A DNA stretch of 64,000 nt. Origin: a virus. Taxonomy: Duplodnaviria > Caudoviricetes. Shown here piece after piece: positions 1-13,298 of the stretch (position 1 is the stretch's first letter; each line of letters opens with the position of its first letter). Location of the stretch: IMG/VR virus record IMGVR_UViG_3300028833_000078. One strand, 5' to 3'. Below the pieces are notes generated by a model, which saw only the letters and a program-made list of their open reading frames with translations, did not search any database and had not been told where the DNA came from. The translations under genes and the position numbers were made by a program.

Positions 1-503
1 GTTGAATTTTGAATATCTGCGGCAAGAGCAGAAGTTTGTCTTTGATTAGATAACTCATCTCTTGTTGTTTGCAACTTATCAGACAATTCATTAATATAAT
101 TTTGTTGCATTAATGACCTTGTCATATTTCCTTGTTCTGCGACTTGATTACCAATAGCAGCAATGCTGTTAGATATTTGTTGTTGGATATCTTTCATTGC
201 AACTAAATTGTTGTAATTAGATGTTAAAATTGTGTCTGTTAAATTACATTGTCCTTGCGCTAAACCTCTAAGTGTTGCGTCTTGACTTTGGAAGTATAAA
301 CTATTTTGTAAATCTGCCATACCTAGTGCGGTAGATGCATTATTATTGCCCCAAAATCCTCCATTACCTCCAAATAATAAAATGAAAATAATGATTAGAG
401 CAAAAATACCCATTACTCCGCCTTCTCCACCAAATAAACCGCCATAGTTATTTTTGGTTAGAGCAATTACATCTGCTGCTGACATACCTGAACCTGTTTC
501 CAT
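1..503 (-). CDS. Hypothetical Gly/Asn/Gln-rich protein with hydrophobic segment (3' end outside window)
   Basis: ATG 503 after AAGGAGG RBS; METGSGMSAADVIAL..GIFALIIIFILLFGGNGGFWG; open to window edge. Confidence 0.7.
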   Translation of the reverse strand, partial: METGSGMSAADVIALTKNNYGGLFGGEGGVMGIFALIIIFILLFGGNGGFWGNNNASTALGMADLQNSLYFQSQDATLRGLAQGQCNLTDTILTSNYNNLVAMKDIQQQISNSIAAIGNQVAEQGNMTRSLMQQNYINELSDKLQTTRDELSNQRQTSALAADIQNS

Positions 504-562
504 CGAACATTCCTCCTTAGTTTAATATTAGGTTTTTAAAGTCTACCTTAGACTTTTATTAA

Positions 563-778
563 TTAACGTGGTAACATAGAAATTAATTTAGATAAATCAT
601 CTTTTGTTATTCCACGCTGATTACATAAGTTGGCTATATATTCTGCTTGTTGCTCTTTAGGTTGACTTTGTATTTGTCCTAATAACTGTTGTTGTTGGGG
701 ACTTAGTAGACTTGTCAACATCTGCATTGGATTGTTCGACATTGTTAATTGACCTAATAGGTTCTGTAAATTTATCAT
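563..778 (-). CDS. Hypothetical Gln-rich small protein
   Basis: ORF track 71 aa; typical of small genes next to Firmicutes phage lysins. Confidence 0.65.
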   Translation of the reverse strand: MINLQNLLGQLTMSNNPMQMLTSLLSPQQQQLLGQIQSQPKEQQAEYIANLCNQRGITKDDLSKLISMLPR

Positions 779-1166
779 TTACTTTTGCCTCCAATTCTTT
801 AAGCTTGCTTTCAAGCTCTTCAATTTTTAAATCCTTTTCATCTTTAGGAATTACAATATCATAGCTTTTTGCTATTGTTCCATTGACATCCTTAATATAG
901 ATTTTAGAATTATTTTCATCTATAAAGAGAGTCTTATTATTAATTAAAATGTCATTTACGTTTTCACCTGTTTTTAAATATCTAGCTTCCATTTCGACTT
1001 GGGAAGTAGAATTTGTATTTATTATATTTTGGACAGGCGCCTGAGGTGACGTAAAGAAAGGTTGAGAATATTGATTTATCAGGCTATCAATATTATCCCT
1101 TTGTCTTAACAATTGATTCATCATCTGATTGCTTTGACCATAAAAATTATTTGGATTATATGCCAT
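657..1166 (-). CDS. Hypothetical protein
   Basis: ORF track 169 aa, GAAGGAG RBS. Confidence 0.7.
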   Translation of the reverse strand: MAYNPNNFYGQSNQMMNQLLRQRDNIDSLINQYSQPFFTSPQAPVQNIINTNSTSQVEMEARYLKTGENVNDILINNKTLFIDENNSKIYIKDVNGTIAKSYDIVIPKDEKDLKIEELESKLKELEAKVNDKFTEPIRSINNVEQSNADVDKSTKSPTTTVIRTNTKST

Positions 1167-1243
1167 AATAATTAACTCCTTCGCGGGAGCTCGGTCCCGG
1201 GATTCTTGGAGGCGTCCTAAAATCTTGGGACGCGATTGCCGCC

Positions 1244-2335
1244 CTATTTACTTTTTACTAGCTCTGCAACTTTCTTTTGTACTTCTATATAGTTATATCC
1301 AGCTGCCTCTAATTTTTTCTTTCTTTCTGCTCCATTACCTCATTTGCCTGCAATAACTTCTTTAGCAATTTCAGTAACAGATTTCTTTTTCTTTTTGTTT
1401 AATAGTTCAGTTACTTTCTTTTGAACTGCATTATAATCATAACCTGCAAGTTCTAATTTACTTTTCCTTTCTGAACCATTTCCCCATTTACCATCTAAAA
1501 CCTCTTGAGCAATTTCCTCAATAGATTTTTTAGGTTGAATAGGTTGATTTAATAATTTATTTACTTCACTTTGAATAGCCGCATAATCATATCCAGCTTC
1601 GGTTAATTTTGTTTTTCTAATTTCACCATTTCCCCATTTTCCAGCTAATACTTCTTGTGCAATTTCCGCATTAGTTTTCTTTTGAGGAACAACATAATTA
1701 TAAGTAAAATTATTTCTATAAGCATAATTAGTATCTAATCTACCAGAATAACCTTTAAATTGTCCAAATGAAGTAAATTGCCATAAATTAATGCCAGTTT
1801 TATCTTCGGGCTTTACATTCAAACCTTTTTGATTGCCTCCGAATGTAGGTCATTGTGCAACCCACTTATCATACTCAGTGATTTCATTTCCTTTTAGTTG
1901 ATTATTAAACCAACTTTGACTTGCATAAATACCTGTATAATAACCAGCATTTTTTACTACACTACAAAATCTTGCACAAATGTTTCTTAAAACTTGATTA
2001 GATGGCATTCCATTTCTTCTCTTGTATCCATCTGCATCTTCCATATCAAATCATACACCCATAGTATAACTATCTTTATAAGGTGCAATTGCTTTTAAAC
2101 ATGCATATGCTTCTTTTTCTGCACCTACAACTCCTAAAGCATAAGAATACCAATAGAATCCAAAAGGAATACCTAACGTCTTACACAGATCCGCGTTTCG
2201 TTTGAATTTTTTATCAATTGTTCCTGAAGTACCAAATCCTACTCTAATAATTACAAAATCAATTTGTGATTTTAAAGCGGCAAGATCGATATCTCCATTA
2301 TGAGCACTGATATCAATTCCTCTTTTAACATTCAT
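1244..2335 (-). CDS. Endolysin: GH25 muramidase plus CW_7-like cell-wall-binding repeats (3 in-frame TGA=Trp)
   Basis: ORFs 2051-2335, 1850-2044 and 1340-1822 share a frame, joined by TGA: GIDISAHNG, GV[W]FDMED, WVAQ[W]; repeats EIAQEVLAGKWGNG versus EVIAGK[TGA]GNG; ends TAG 1244. Confidence 0.9.
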
Positions 2336-2466
2336 TAGAATATCTCCTTTCTGCTATGCAAAATCTTCTTCTTTTCTTTGATTTTCTGCATCGCCTTGAA
2401 CAGGAGCTAAACTATCATTTCTTGTATCCATTTAACTCACTCCTTTTCTGTTCTTAGAATATAAAA

Positions 2467-2501
2467 AAACGGGCAAACTTTTTAACAAAGTTTGCCCGTT
2501 T
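2467..2501 (-). terminator. Intrinsic terminator
   Basis: AAACGGGCAAACTT/AAGTTTGCCCGTTT inverted repeat followed by T-run on minus strand. Confidence 0.7.
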
Positions 2502-2628
2502 GCAATTCTAATTGACTTCAATCTAATAAGTTTAGGTGGAAACTTTGTACTTATAAAATAAACATTTTTCATTTATTTTATATATTTATTATATCAAAAA
2601 TTTTTTTAAAAATCAAAAAATTTTTATT

Positions 2629-2754
2629 TTAATATTCTTCGCCAGTTATTTCTTTAAATTGAGCTGGAGTAATTTGTCCTTTGCGAACATATACTCTTAA
2701 CATGGCAATTGAAATTCTGCCTTCATCATATCTTTTCTTTAATTTTTCAAACAT
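2629..2754 (-). CDS. XkdX-family small protein
   Basis: MFEKLKKRYDEGRISIAMLRVYVRKGQITPAQFKEITGEEY, with the characteristic IT..EITG..Y ending. Confidence 0.8.
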   Translation of the reverse strand: MFEKLKKRYDEGRISIAMLRVYVRKGQITPAQFKEITGEEY

Positions 2755-3095
2755 TATTCAATTACCTCCTCATCTGGCATATTAAGAACAACTAAATCTT
2801 CCAAAGCATCTGCAATACGAGTTTGATCTAAAGTTTCTTCATCAGGGTTATTTAGTTTTTCTACGATTGCAAGGACTGCATCTTCATTTGTTAAAGTTGG
2901 ACTTATTTCAAGCTCAGTCCTTTTTAAATTTAAAGGCTCAATAGATATAATTATTTGTCCAGTATAATCTGTAAATACTATTTGCGCCAAATCATCTATT
3001 GCAGGAAATAAAGCTTTTAAAGCTTCATAAGTTGCATAATGACTATCTTGGAAAAAATATGTTTTTCTTTTATTATATAATTCTGCGTATACCAT
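2754..3095 (-). CDS. Putative tail-fibre-associated protein
   Basis: ORF track 113 aa between tail fibre and XkdX. Confidence 0.6.
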   Translation of the reverse strand: MVYAELYNKRKTYFFQDSHYATYEALKALFPAIDDLAQIVFTDYTGQIIISIEPLNLKRTELEISPTLTNEDAVLAIVEKLNNPDEETLDQTRIADALEDLVVLNMPDEEVIE

Positions 3096-3120
3096 TATAT
3101 ATAATATCCTCCTTTAAAAA

Positions 3121-6100
3121 TTATAATCTATCATCTGCTACTATTCCATTTGTTATTTTAAAATTATATAATCTAACTGAATTTGAATAGTATTGCGCAT
3201 TAACGGCAAACTGTGTAAAATATTGATCGGTTGATATATTAGCTGTAATATCTGTTGCCGTTCCACTAATATTTGCAGAATGTGTATATAATTTTTGCCA
3301 CACACCTTTTTCTGCATTATATCCTTCAATATAAGACCCATTTCTAAAATACGCAACTCTTATACTAATTTTAGAAGGACATATTGAAATATTTGTAGGT
3401 AATATTATTCGTACCCAGTTGGTAATTGTTGAAGATGGTCTAGTATATGTTGATGTGTCATTATCAAAGGCTTTTCAGCATACATATGTTGAATTGTATG
3501 CTTGTTTATCCATCTTACACGTCCAAGTACCATATGAGTTTGATGATGAAAATTCCGCGTTTGCCGTTGTAGTTGACCCACTTCAGCTTGTTGGTGCTAT
3601 TGAACTCGTAAATGTCGTATATCTTGGAACATGATAAAATTCTCTTGCTATTCCAGGAGTTATTACTTTTGTACTAGAAGTATTTTCTATAACAAATTTG
3701 TCTTGACCTAAATTTTCATAAAATTTATTTTCAATAGTATCATATAAACAAGGTTGTCCATTATAATTTAAAACTGGAATAAGATTTTTTATTAAATTAT
3801 TATTTTCATCTCAAAATTTACAGTAATATAACTGTATAATTGAATACTGTTTTGGAAAAACATTCTGATTACTTGCAAATAAATATAATGGATTAGATGT
3901 TAAAGCTGCAGTATTACTTCCAGAAATAACCAATTCATTATTTATTTTTAAAGAATAATTTATAGTATCATCTGCAACTGAAGTATCTCCTTCTAAGATG
4001 TATTCAGTATCCATATTTGGAAAATTATAATAAAAAGTTGTTCCTCCAGCAATTTGTCATCTTTGGTCTTCTGTCGTACTGCCATACAGTGCATATCTAA
4101 TTCCATTAGCATTTCAAGGAGCTGCTGAATTTTCTGCTCAGATTAGAGCATTATTACCATCAGAGCCATCAGGATTTAATTTTTTAAATTTCATTTTCAT
4201 TTCAATTTTTGTAGCACCTTGTATTGCTGTATTAATATATTGATGTCCAGAAACAGTACTTTCTATATAATTAATTGGTTGATATTCTGTTTGAATAGTA
4301 ATTCCAGTCTCAGGCCCAGCAGTAAACGTTCCTGTTCCTGCATTATAGAAGAAATTTTGACTAATTCTATCAAATAGACAGGCAACTCCGTTTTCATCCT
4401 TAACAGGAATAAAATTCCTTACTAAAACACCATCATTATATATATTACAATAATACAATTTCATTTTAGCAAGGCCTGCAATAGCACCGGAATTAACTTT
4501 TCCTCCAAATAAAGCTAAAGTTTGCTTACAACCTAATGTTGCAGTATAACGCGTTAAATCTTCGCTACATGACACTGCTCCAGATAATTTATATTTTTTA
4601 CTTTTTCCATCAAAATCAATATTTAAAGTAGAATTATTTTTTGCATCTTTATTAGTATCAATTCAATTACCCTCATTATTTTGATAAGCGAAAGCATATT
4701 CACTTGTACCATTTATGTAAGAACAGAAAAATAATCCGCTAGAATCATAAGAACCAAAAAATCTATCCTGTACTGTAAATGATGTATGCTGTAATGACAT
4801 TGTTAATCTTGTATTTGGAGTTACATTAAAACCAGTATCAATTCATTGGGTTCCAGTTGATTGAATATACTCTAATTGAGTATATTTTTTCCCAGTGCTT
4901 TTATAAGATGTCGTAGATGAATTATAACTATATAAAAATTGTCCTGTTCCTTTGTTATAAAAATAACTTTGAGAAACCCAATCATATAAACAAGGTATTC
5001 CATCATAATCCAAAGCAGGTTCTAAATTTCTTACAAGAGTATCTCCATCTCAAATTTTACATTGATATAATTTAAATTCACCAAAACTTTGCACGTCTGG
5101 ATTTGAAGACGAAGCATTATTTAAAGCAAATAATATTAAATTATTAGGGCTATTAAAAGTAGCATCAGGATAGATTGCCATAAGAACCCCATTAATATAA
5201 AATTTATTTTTTTCTTGCTTAAGAGTATATAATATATCCGTTTGTGGAGTAAAAGATATACTTTCTTCATTAGCTCCATAACGACCTAAATAACGATTTG
5301 TTGTTTTATATAGTGTGTAACTATTTATATCTGAAGTTTCACGACTACATCAAAATCCATCTGGCCCACTCGAAAGAGTACTAAATTTAATTATCATTTC
5401 TATTGATGTATTATCATTTGCTTTATAATTAGTATCTATATATTGAGTACCCGTACTTTCAATATATTCTAAAATAGTACCTTTTGGCTTATCAAGTTTG
5501 TATCCATAATTAAAAGTTCCTGTTCCAATATTATAGAAACGTTTATAAGTAATTTTATCATATAAGCAAGGAATATTATTATCATCTAAAATAGGAATAA
5601 AATCTCTAACTAAAACATTATTTTCATATATTTTACAATAATATAATCTTGCTGAACATAAAGTTGAAGATAAAACTCCTGAAGATTCACTACTATATCT
5701 TCCAAATAAATAGATAGGGCCTGATGCAGTTCCTCAGGTTTGCCCAGAACTTGAATGAGAAATTCCATTAACTATAAAATTGTTCATAGAACAATCAGCA
5801 ACATAATATTTAAATCTTTCTGTATTTTCTGCTACTATATAACTAGAGCCTCCATTAAATTGAAAATTGCGTCCAGGAACATTACCAAGACGATAGTTAC
5901 TGGATCCACTACCATCTGCATTTTGATATCCCATCATTCCTGCATATTCACCTTGTGTGCCACTAGTTAATAGAAATGCTATTTTAGTTCTTGTATTTTG
6001 AGTAGGAATAATTCCTGTATTAATATATTGAGTTCCAGTACTTTCTAAATATTCTAACTCTTGATATTGATTCTTAACCCCTACATATCCTCTTCTAACT

Positions 6101-8524
6101 TTTCTTGCTACAGAAGTATTAAATTCTGAAGTTCCTGCTATTAAATTATTTGTTTCACTAACATAAAATTTATTATTTAATTGGTCATATAAGCTAACAA
6201 TTCCTTCTTGTGTTAAAACTGGAATAAAATCTCTTACTAATGTTGTATCATCATATATTTTTAAATAATAAAGTTTTCCTCTTCAGAAATGACAAGCCCC
6301 ATTTTCATTATCTGCAAATATATATCCTGGGTGAGTTGCGGTAAAAGTAGCTGAATCTAAAGTCATTGTTGTTCCATTAATATTTGTAATGTTTTTATTT
6401 TTATCACAAATGTATTCTTTTCCTAATACTATATTTACATCTCTACTATCGTTTGTTCCATACGAAGAATATCAATTATTATTTGTTCGATGTACCTGTA
6501 ATACATATTCATTTTGTTGGTATGCCGTTTTACTTGAAAAGATACATTGTCACTCTTCTTCAAATTTTGTTGGGACTGCTTTTAATTGTATGTGAGTATT
6601 ATTATTTGCATAAAAATTAGTATTGATATATTGAGTTCCATTACTTTCAATATAATTTAAAGGCTCATACCCTACCAAAACAGTTTGACCTGTTACAGGG
6701 CCTGCCGTTAAATCTCCTGTCCCTTGATTATAATAAAAATTATTACTAATTTTATCAAATAAACATACTATATCATTTTCATCTTTAACAGGTATATAAT
6801 CTCTAATAAGTCTACCATTATCATATATTTTAAATGAATATAATTTTTGGGCACAACCAGTTTCAGGTCCGCCACTATAACCAGACGCTGTAAATATATA
6901 GTCATTGTATAATGATTGGAATGATGCCGCTGTAAATGTATGTGAAGTTCCTTTAATTGTATAGACATTTTTATTAAAATCAAATGTCGTTTTTCCTGTT
7001 ACACCAGTCCATTTATTATATAAACCATTGCCATAATATGCTGAAACGCACCCCATACCATCTGTGTTACATTGTATGCCCATCATACGTCTATCACCAT
7101 TATTTGTGTTGCCTCAAGAACCAAAAATATTAATCCATGCATTACCACCTAAAAGCTCTATTTCTGCAATCATTCTAGTGTTTTGATTATGTTTAAATCC
7201 TGTGTCAATATATTGAGCTCCTGTTGATTGAGCATATTCAATAGGAGTGTAACTTTTTCCAGTTAAAACTTTTTTATCATTATTTATTTCATATCCATAT
7301 TTAAATGTTCCTGTTCCTGCATTATAATAAAATTTTCCTTCAATGCTATCATAAAGACAAGGAATATTATTTTCATCTAAAATAGGAAGAAAATCTCTAA
7401 CTAAAATATTTTCTTCTCAAATTTTACAAGAATATAATTTAAAGCTTCCTTTATAGGATGTCCCTCCATTAGTTCAAAAAATATAACCATTTTTATTAGA
7501 ATTTAATGAAGTAGAGACATCTGATTCTGTAGCTAAAACAGTATTATCTAATTTATTTATTCCATCTTGATTTAATCAAATATTATGTCGATTAGAATCT
7601 ATTGATATCATATCTCCATTTCAAGGACCTCCATAAGAAAATCTAAAATAATAGTTAGAAGAAGACTTATAAATTCCAAATAATAAACTTCCTACATTAT
7701 TTTGATAAGCTCCAATAAATCCACTTTCAGCAGAAGCAGCAGAACAATCAGAAAAATCTAAATAAGCATTGATATTACTATTAAAAAGAATTCCAGTATC
7801 AATATATTGAGTACCCGTGCTTTCAATATATGAAACTAATTTACAATTTTTTGGAATTCCTACATATATATTTTTAATTGCCGCCGCTGTTCCTTGCCCA
7901 GGGACTGATTGATGGATTATAGTTGTCCCCTCAAAAAAAGAAATATTATTATCACACCATAATTTATTTGGTTCATTTCCTCTTCCAAAAGCTTCAGTTA
8001 AATTTATAATCATAAATTCTTTCGCATCCATGGTATCATTTTCTGTTGAGTCATTAATACCAAAAGCAATTCTATCATAATTTCTATATTCAGATTCAGA
8101 AATATAGGTTGATACATATCCACTCATTGTATGCCATTTTCCATCATTCAAAGCAGTTCCATTTTTTCCATCTATGCTATAAGCATTTCAAAAAAGAGCT
8201 GTACTTTCACCATTTTTATAATATCTTTCATAAACTCGAGGAAAAGAAGTGTTTGTTGATTTTCCCCTTACTTTCGCTTGATAATAAATTTTTTGATTTG
8301 TTTCTGAAGTGTTTCCTGATATCGTAGTATGAACTTGATAATTAGGGCAAGTTCCAGTGCTACTTTCAGTACATTTTATATTTACATATCCACTTCCTTG
8401 AGTAAAAGTATTTTTATCACTTATTGTTCATCCGAGTGCTAGAGCTTGCTAAACTTCCATTTGTTAATATATTTGTAAGGGTTATTGCTTGTATATTTGC
8501 GCCCACATAAACCTTTTTTGCCAT
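3121..8524 (-). CDS. Large (~1800 aa) tail fibre / receptor-binding protein with repeated lectin/LamG-like modules; many TGA=Trp and one CGGA +1 site
   Basis: ORF pieces 7621-8151, 6550-7086, 5734-5937, 4138-4575, 3811-4014 and 3121-3303 share one frame; repeats YIESTGTQYIDTG..LVRDFIPV.D..CLYD; start MAKKGYVG at 8524 joins via ACT-CGGA-TGA (8428-8434). Not every gap was checked codon by codon. Confidence 0.8.
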
Positions 8525-8592
8525 TTAAATTTTTTCACCGCCTTTATCTTTTATAATATATTATATATTATATTTTCATAAAAATCAAATTT

Positions 8593-10587
8593 TTATTCAT
8601 AAACAAAATAAAAAGTTCCTTCATCTAAAGGAGAAATTCCTGGTGTTAAATCTGTCATTCCATAAGTAATAATAGGAATAGTTAAATCAACATTTTTATC
8701 TTCATCAATAGTTTGTGCAATACCATTTGCACTGATACTATCAATTTTTCCTCCATTTAATTGAACATATTCTTCTGTTGCTAATTTCTTTGAACCAGCA
8801 TCTTTATTAGTTCCTGATGTTGAACCAGTATAAACATCTCCTGCAAATCAACCATTACCTGACCAATCTATTGTATGTGCATTTGAACGTGCATTAGCTC
8901 CAGTACCATTTCCAACAATATGTATATAATCACCTTTTGATGATGACGTAGTTCCTGAAGTATCTTCTATGTTATATGCACCTTCAACATGTTGTGTCTT
9001 TCTTGACGCTTTAGTACCCTCACCCTCAGCATGTGAAGATAGACCAAAAGCTACAGTATCACCGCCTTCAGCATGAGAACAATTACCACTAGCTATAGTA
9101 GTAGCGCCTTCAGCATGCGAGTTTTCTCCATAGGCTCCTGTTCTATATCCTTCAGCGTGAGAATTTGTCCCTCTAGCACTATTACTGTCTCCTTCTACAA
9201 CAGATCTTGCTCCAAAGGGGCCATTACTTCTCGATCCAACTGTTAAGCCAGTCATTGTTAGCGTTCCTGTCATAACATCTCCAGCTTTTTCAACATAATT
9301 AGTTAAATCAACTGCTCCACCTAAAATATCATATTTATAAATTGGATTTGCTGCAGTACCATTATTTATAATAGCTACATCTGTTCCCGCAACATAATTT
9401 TTTCCTGCTCCCTCAATAAAATCAATAGTGGTTATAAAATTATTTGTAATATTATAAACGTATCCTTCATTAGCAGCAACTAATGCTGGTAAATTTTCAA
9501 AACTACAAGAACCCATTGGTTTATATGCTGTCGCAATTTTTGCATTAATTTGATCATAAACCGCTTTTGCACTTGGATATTCAGTATCTGTTGAATATTC
9601 AGAAAGAGTTGTTACCTTATTAATAATATTTTCTTTTGCTATTAATAAATCTTCTGTTGCTAATTTTTTACTACCTTCATCTTTATTAGTCCCAGAATTT
9701 GATTTAACATAAACATCTCCTGCAAACCATGCATTTCCTGCCCAATCTAATGTATGTGCATTTGAAAGAGTTGCTGAAGTTCCATTACCTGCAATATGAA
9801 GATAAGTTCCTCTCATTGTTTGAGAACCTGTCGTATCAATAACATTAAATTCTCCTTCAACGTGTTGTGATCTTGTTCTAGCTACAGTTGAACTTCCTTC
9901 CGCATGAGAATAAAGTGCTGCTGCACGAGTTGAACTTCCTTCAGCATGAGCACTATCTTCTAATGCATTGGTATAACTTCCTTCTGCATGAGCGCTATAT
10001 CCTGAAGCAGATGTTCCTGTTCCTTCTGCATGAGAATTTTCTCCTGAAGCTATATTATAATTTCCTTGTGAAAAAGATCTTGTTCCAACAGTACCGCTAT
10101 TTCTACTACCAACCGTTAAAGCTGTTGTAGTTAAAGGACCAGTCATAATATCACCAGTTTTTTCTACATAATCTCCACTCAAATTATTTAATTTATATTG
10201 TACACTATGTCCATCACTACATATTACATTACTTGCATCCGCCCCAATATTAATATAATCATCTGACCATTTTGGAGGATAAGCAAAAGTTAATTCATTG
10301 CTACTTGTTCCTGTCGAGCTAGTTGAAATTTCTACAGTTGTTGAATCCAACTTGTCTCAATATAACTTATTTGTAGATGTATTAAAACTTAATTTCTCTC
10401 CATATGATACACTTGGCATATCAAAATAATAAGAAGTGTTATTAAATACAAAAAAATACTTAGCTCCTGAAGTTTCATTTCCGTCGCAAGGATAAATACG
10501 ATTAACACTTTCAGTATCTAAAACTATTTTTCTGATTTTCTTTGTAATTTTACTCATTTTTCTATTATTCACATCCTTTTCTGCCAT
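8593..10587 (-). CDS. Tail fibre protein with YadA-like SHAEG repeats (2 TGA=Trp)
   Basis: 10357-10587 and 8848-10350 are in frame; repeat WAGNAWFAGDVY versus WSGNG[TGA]FAGDVY; TAA at 8593. Confidence 0.85.
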
Positions 10588-10681
10588 AATTTTTCTATAA
10601 AGAATATAAAATTTTTGCTCTGTAAATTAAAAAAAAATGACCATAAAGTCAAATAATAACTTTATGGTCGTTCATTAAAAA

Positions 10682-13207
10682 TTAATCTAATTCTGTAGTA
10701 ATAATTGTACCTTCAACAATAGTTTCATCTTTATCTAAATCTTTTAATACTAAAATAGTATTATCATCTTCAAGAATTCAAATTCTATCATATCTATCTA
10801 CATCTAATCCTTTATAGCCACGAATTTCATTTAATTCTAATTCATTAATTTCAATATTATTATCACTATCTAAATTATAATCAATTTCATAGACTTTAAA
10901 TTTCTTATGATCTTTATAATCAGTTTCATCTTCTTCTAGTGTTAGATAATCTCCACTAAATGGAATAATTGCGCTAAAGTCTCTATCTACCTCATCAACA
11001 ATAAATGCGGTAGCATCATCTAAGACTTTAATATCAAAAATTTCTTTTACTTTAATCTTATTATTTACAAAAGAGTACTTAATAACATCTCCAGTATCAT
11101 AATCAATACTATCTTTTGTAATTTCATATTCTTCTCCATCTAATTTAATTAAATCTTTAGAATAATTTGAACCTTTTTCAACAATGCCATAATAAATTTC
11201 GTTAGATTCAGCTTCACTAGTAATAAATAAAAATTTAACTTTATTTCTATTATCAAGTGCAGCAAGTGTTCCTTCTGGTAAAATAATATTATCATATTCA
11301 TTATAATCAGTAGAAACATTTACATTAAATCCGTCAATAACATTATCATCATTTTTATGAGCTCTAGTTTCAAGGATTACTGTTAAATTTGTCATTGTAT
11401 ATTCTTCTCCAGAAATAGTAATCTTTTTACCATTTACTTTTGAATCTGCATCAACTGCGGCAATTGTATACTTATCATTTGGTTGTAAACCATTTTCTAA
11501 AATTACTAATGATTCAATTTCATCATTATCATTTAAATCAATTCAAGCAAATAAGCCTTTTTCATCAGGATTATTTTTATAATAATCTTTATTTGAAGCT
11601 AAAATTTCAGGTAAATCAGCATTAACAACAGTCTTAAGTTCTGTTTCTTCACCATCAACTCCAACTACTCCAATACTATAAATTTTACCTTTTGAACTTC
11701 CATTTGACCATGCTCCATTAGAAACAATAGCATAAAAGCTTTCATCTGAAGAAACACTATTTACTTCTCCAAATTCAAGTCTTACTGGAATTGATAAATA
11801 ATTATTATATACTAAAACATCTTTTCCAGTATATTCATTGTCTTTTACTTTTACTTTTAAATCAATCATTGAAATATCAGTTTTATTATCTTTATCTTTT
11901 TTAGCAATAATTTTATCTTCAGCTAATCTATAATCTTCTTGATCAATAGAAAGATAAGTTAATTCAACTTTTTCTCCATCCCATTTAACTGCATCAGTAT
12001 AAACAACTTCAAATTCTCCTTCATAAGTTTCTGAACTTACTACGTAATAATTTTCAACTTCTGTGTAAATATCTCCAACTTTAATTGCATCTCTTGTTGT
12101 CCATTCTCCATCTTTAATAACTAAAGCTTCTTCATCAATTTTAGATTTCATTCTTGATAAAGTTTCAACAAAGATACCTCCTGTTGGAAGAGTTTTAATT
12201 GCGGTAATTTTTTTACCTTCAATTTCTACTACTACATAATCGTTAACATTAATTTCAATATCTTCTTCTAATCTATATTCTTTTCCATTTATCTTTAGTT
12301 TATCTTCATTTTTATCTTCTGCAAAACCGCTTAAAATTTCATTTGAAGGTGTTAATGTTAAGAAAATATCTTCTTTCTTTCCTTCTTTTATTAAAGCAGA
12401 AACTTTTTGACCTTCAATTAAATGCACTAAATCTACATTTTCAATTTTTGCAGTAATTTTTTTATCAAGAGTAAGAGTTACATTTTCATTGTCAACCACA
12501 TCAATACTTGTAATAATTCCATCTTCTACATATGTATAATCTGGAAATTTAACATTTAGCATATAATCGCCAGTATTTGTCTTGGTCATGCCATTTTTTT
12601 CTGACTCTGCAGAAATTCTCCACATTTCAGTTCTAAGCATATTCCAAAGTAGAATTGCTATATTTCCTCTTGTAGCTGGTTTATTTGATACAACATCTTC
12701 CATATCATCATTTAAACCTAATTCTACCGCTTTAAGCATATAAGCTGTTGGCCATGTTCCTTCTGATTCAACCACATTACCATAGCCTAATGCTCTTAAA
12801 CACATTGTAAATGCTTCAGCATAAGAAACTTCTTTTTCAGGTAAGAAGGTTCCATCTGGATAACCAACAATAAGTTTACTTTGTGCTGCGACTGCAATAT
12901 AACCTGCAGCCCAATGAGTAGAATCTACATCTGAAAAGATAGTTTTTGCGCTTAAAATTTTAGCTTGATCATCTAAGCCAGAACAAAGAACCAACATTTT
13001 TGCTAATTGTGCTCTTGTTATCATTTCATCAGCGCGGAAAGTATTATCAGGAAATCCTTCAATTACTTTCAATTCTGTTAACGCATCAACAGCACTAACA
13101 TATTTAGCATTACCTTTTGTTAAATCTGTATAAGTTGCGGCATTAGTAAATCCACATAAACTTAAAACCATCACAAGAGCTAATACTAATAATACTATTT
13201 TCTTCAT
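10682..13207 (-). CDS. S-layer homology (SLH) domain surface protein, ~841 aa (2 TGA=Trp)
   Basis: Signal peptide, SLH motifs GFPDNTFRADEMITRAQ and GYPDGTFLPEKEVSYAE; ORFs 11543-13207 and 10778-11395 are in frame. Confidence 0.85.
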
Positions 13208-13298
13208 TATAGTATATTCCTCCTTGCTAAATTTTTATATAAAATAGCTTTTTTCAGCTAATTTAACCTATATTTAATTCTATCTCTTAATATAAAGA

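Noticed and set aside
3700-7850. Diversity-generating retroelement acting on the tail fibre repeats
   Set aside because: Repeats are diverged protein-level modules; no reverse transcriptase or adenine-specific TR/VR pair is seen in the window.
3121-8524. Fragmented ORFs throughout, read as pseudogenes or a decayed prophage
   Set aside because: Breaks are only TGA at Trp positions or C+GGN at Gly positions; frames and catalytic motifs are otherwise intact.
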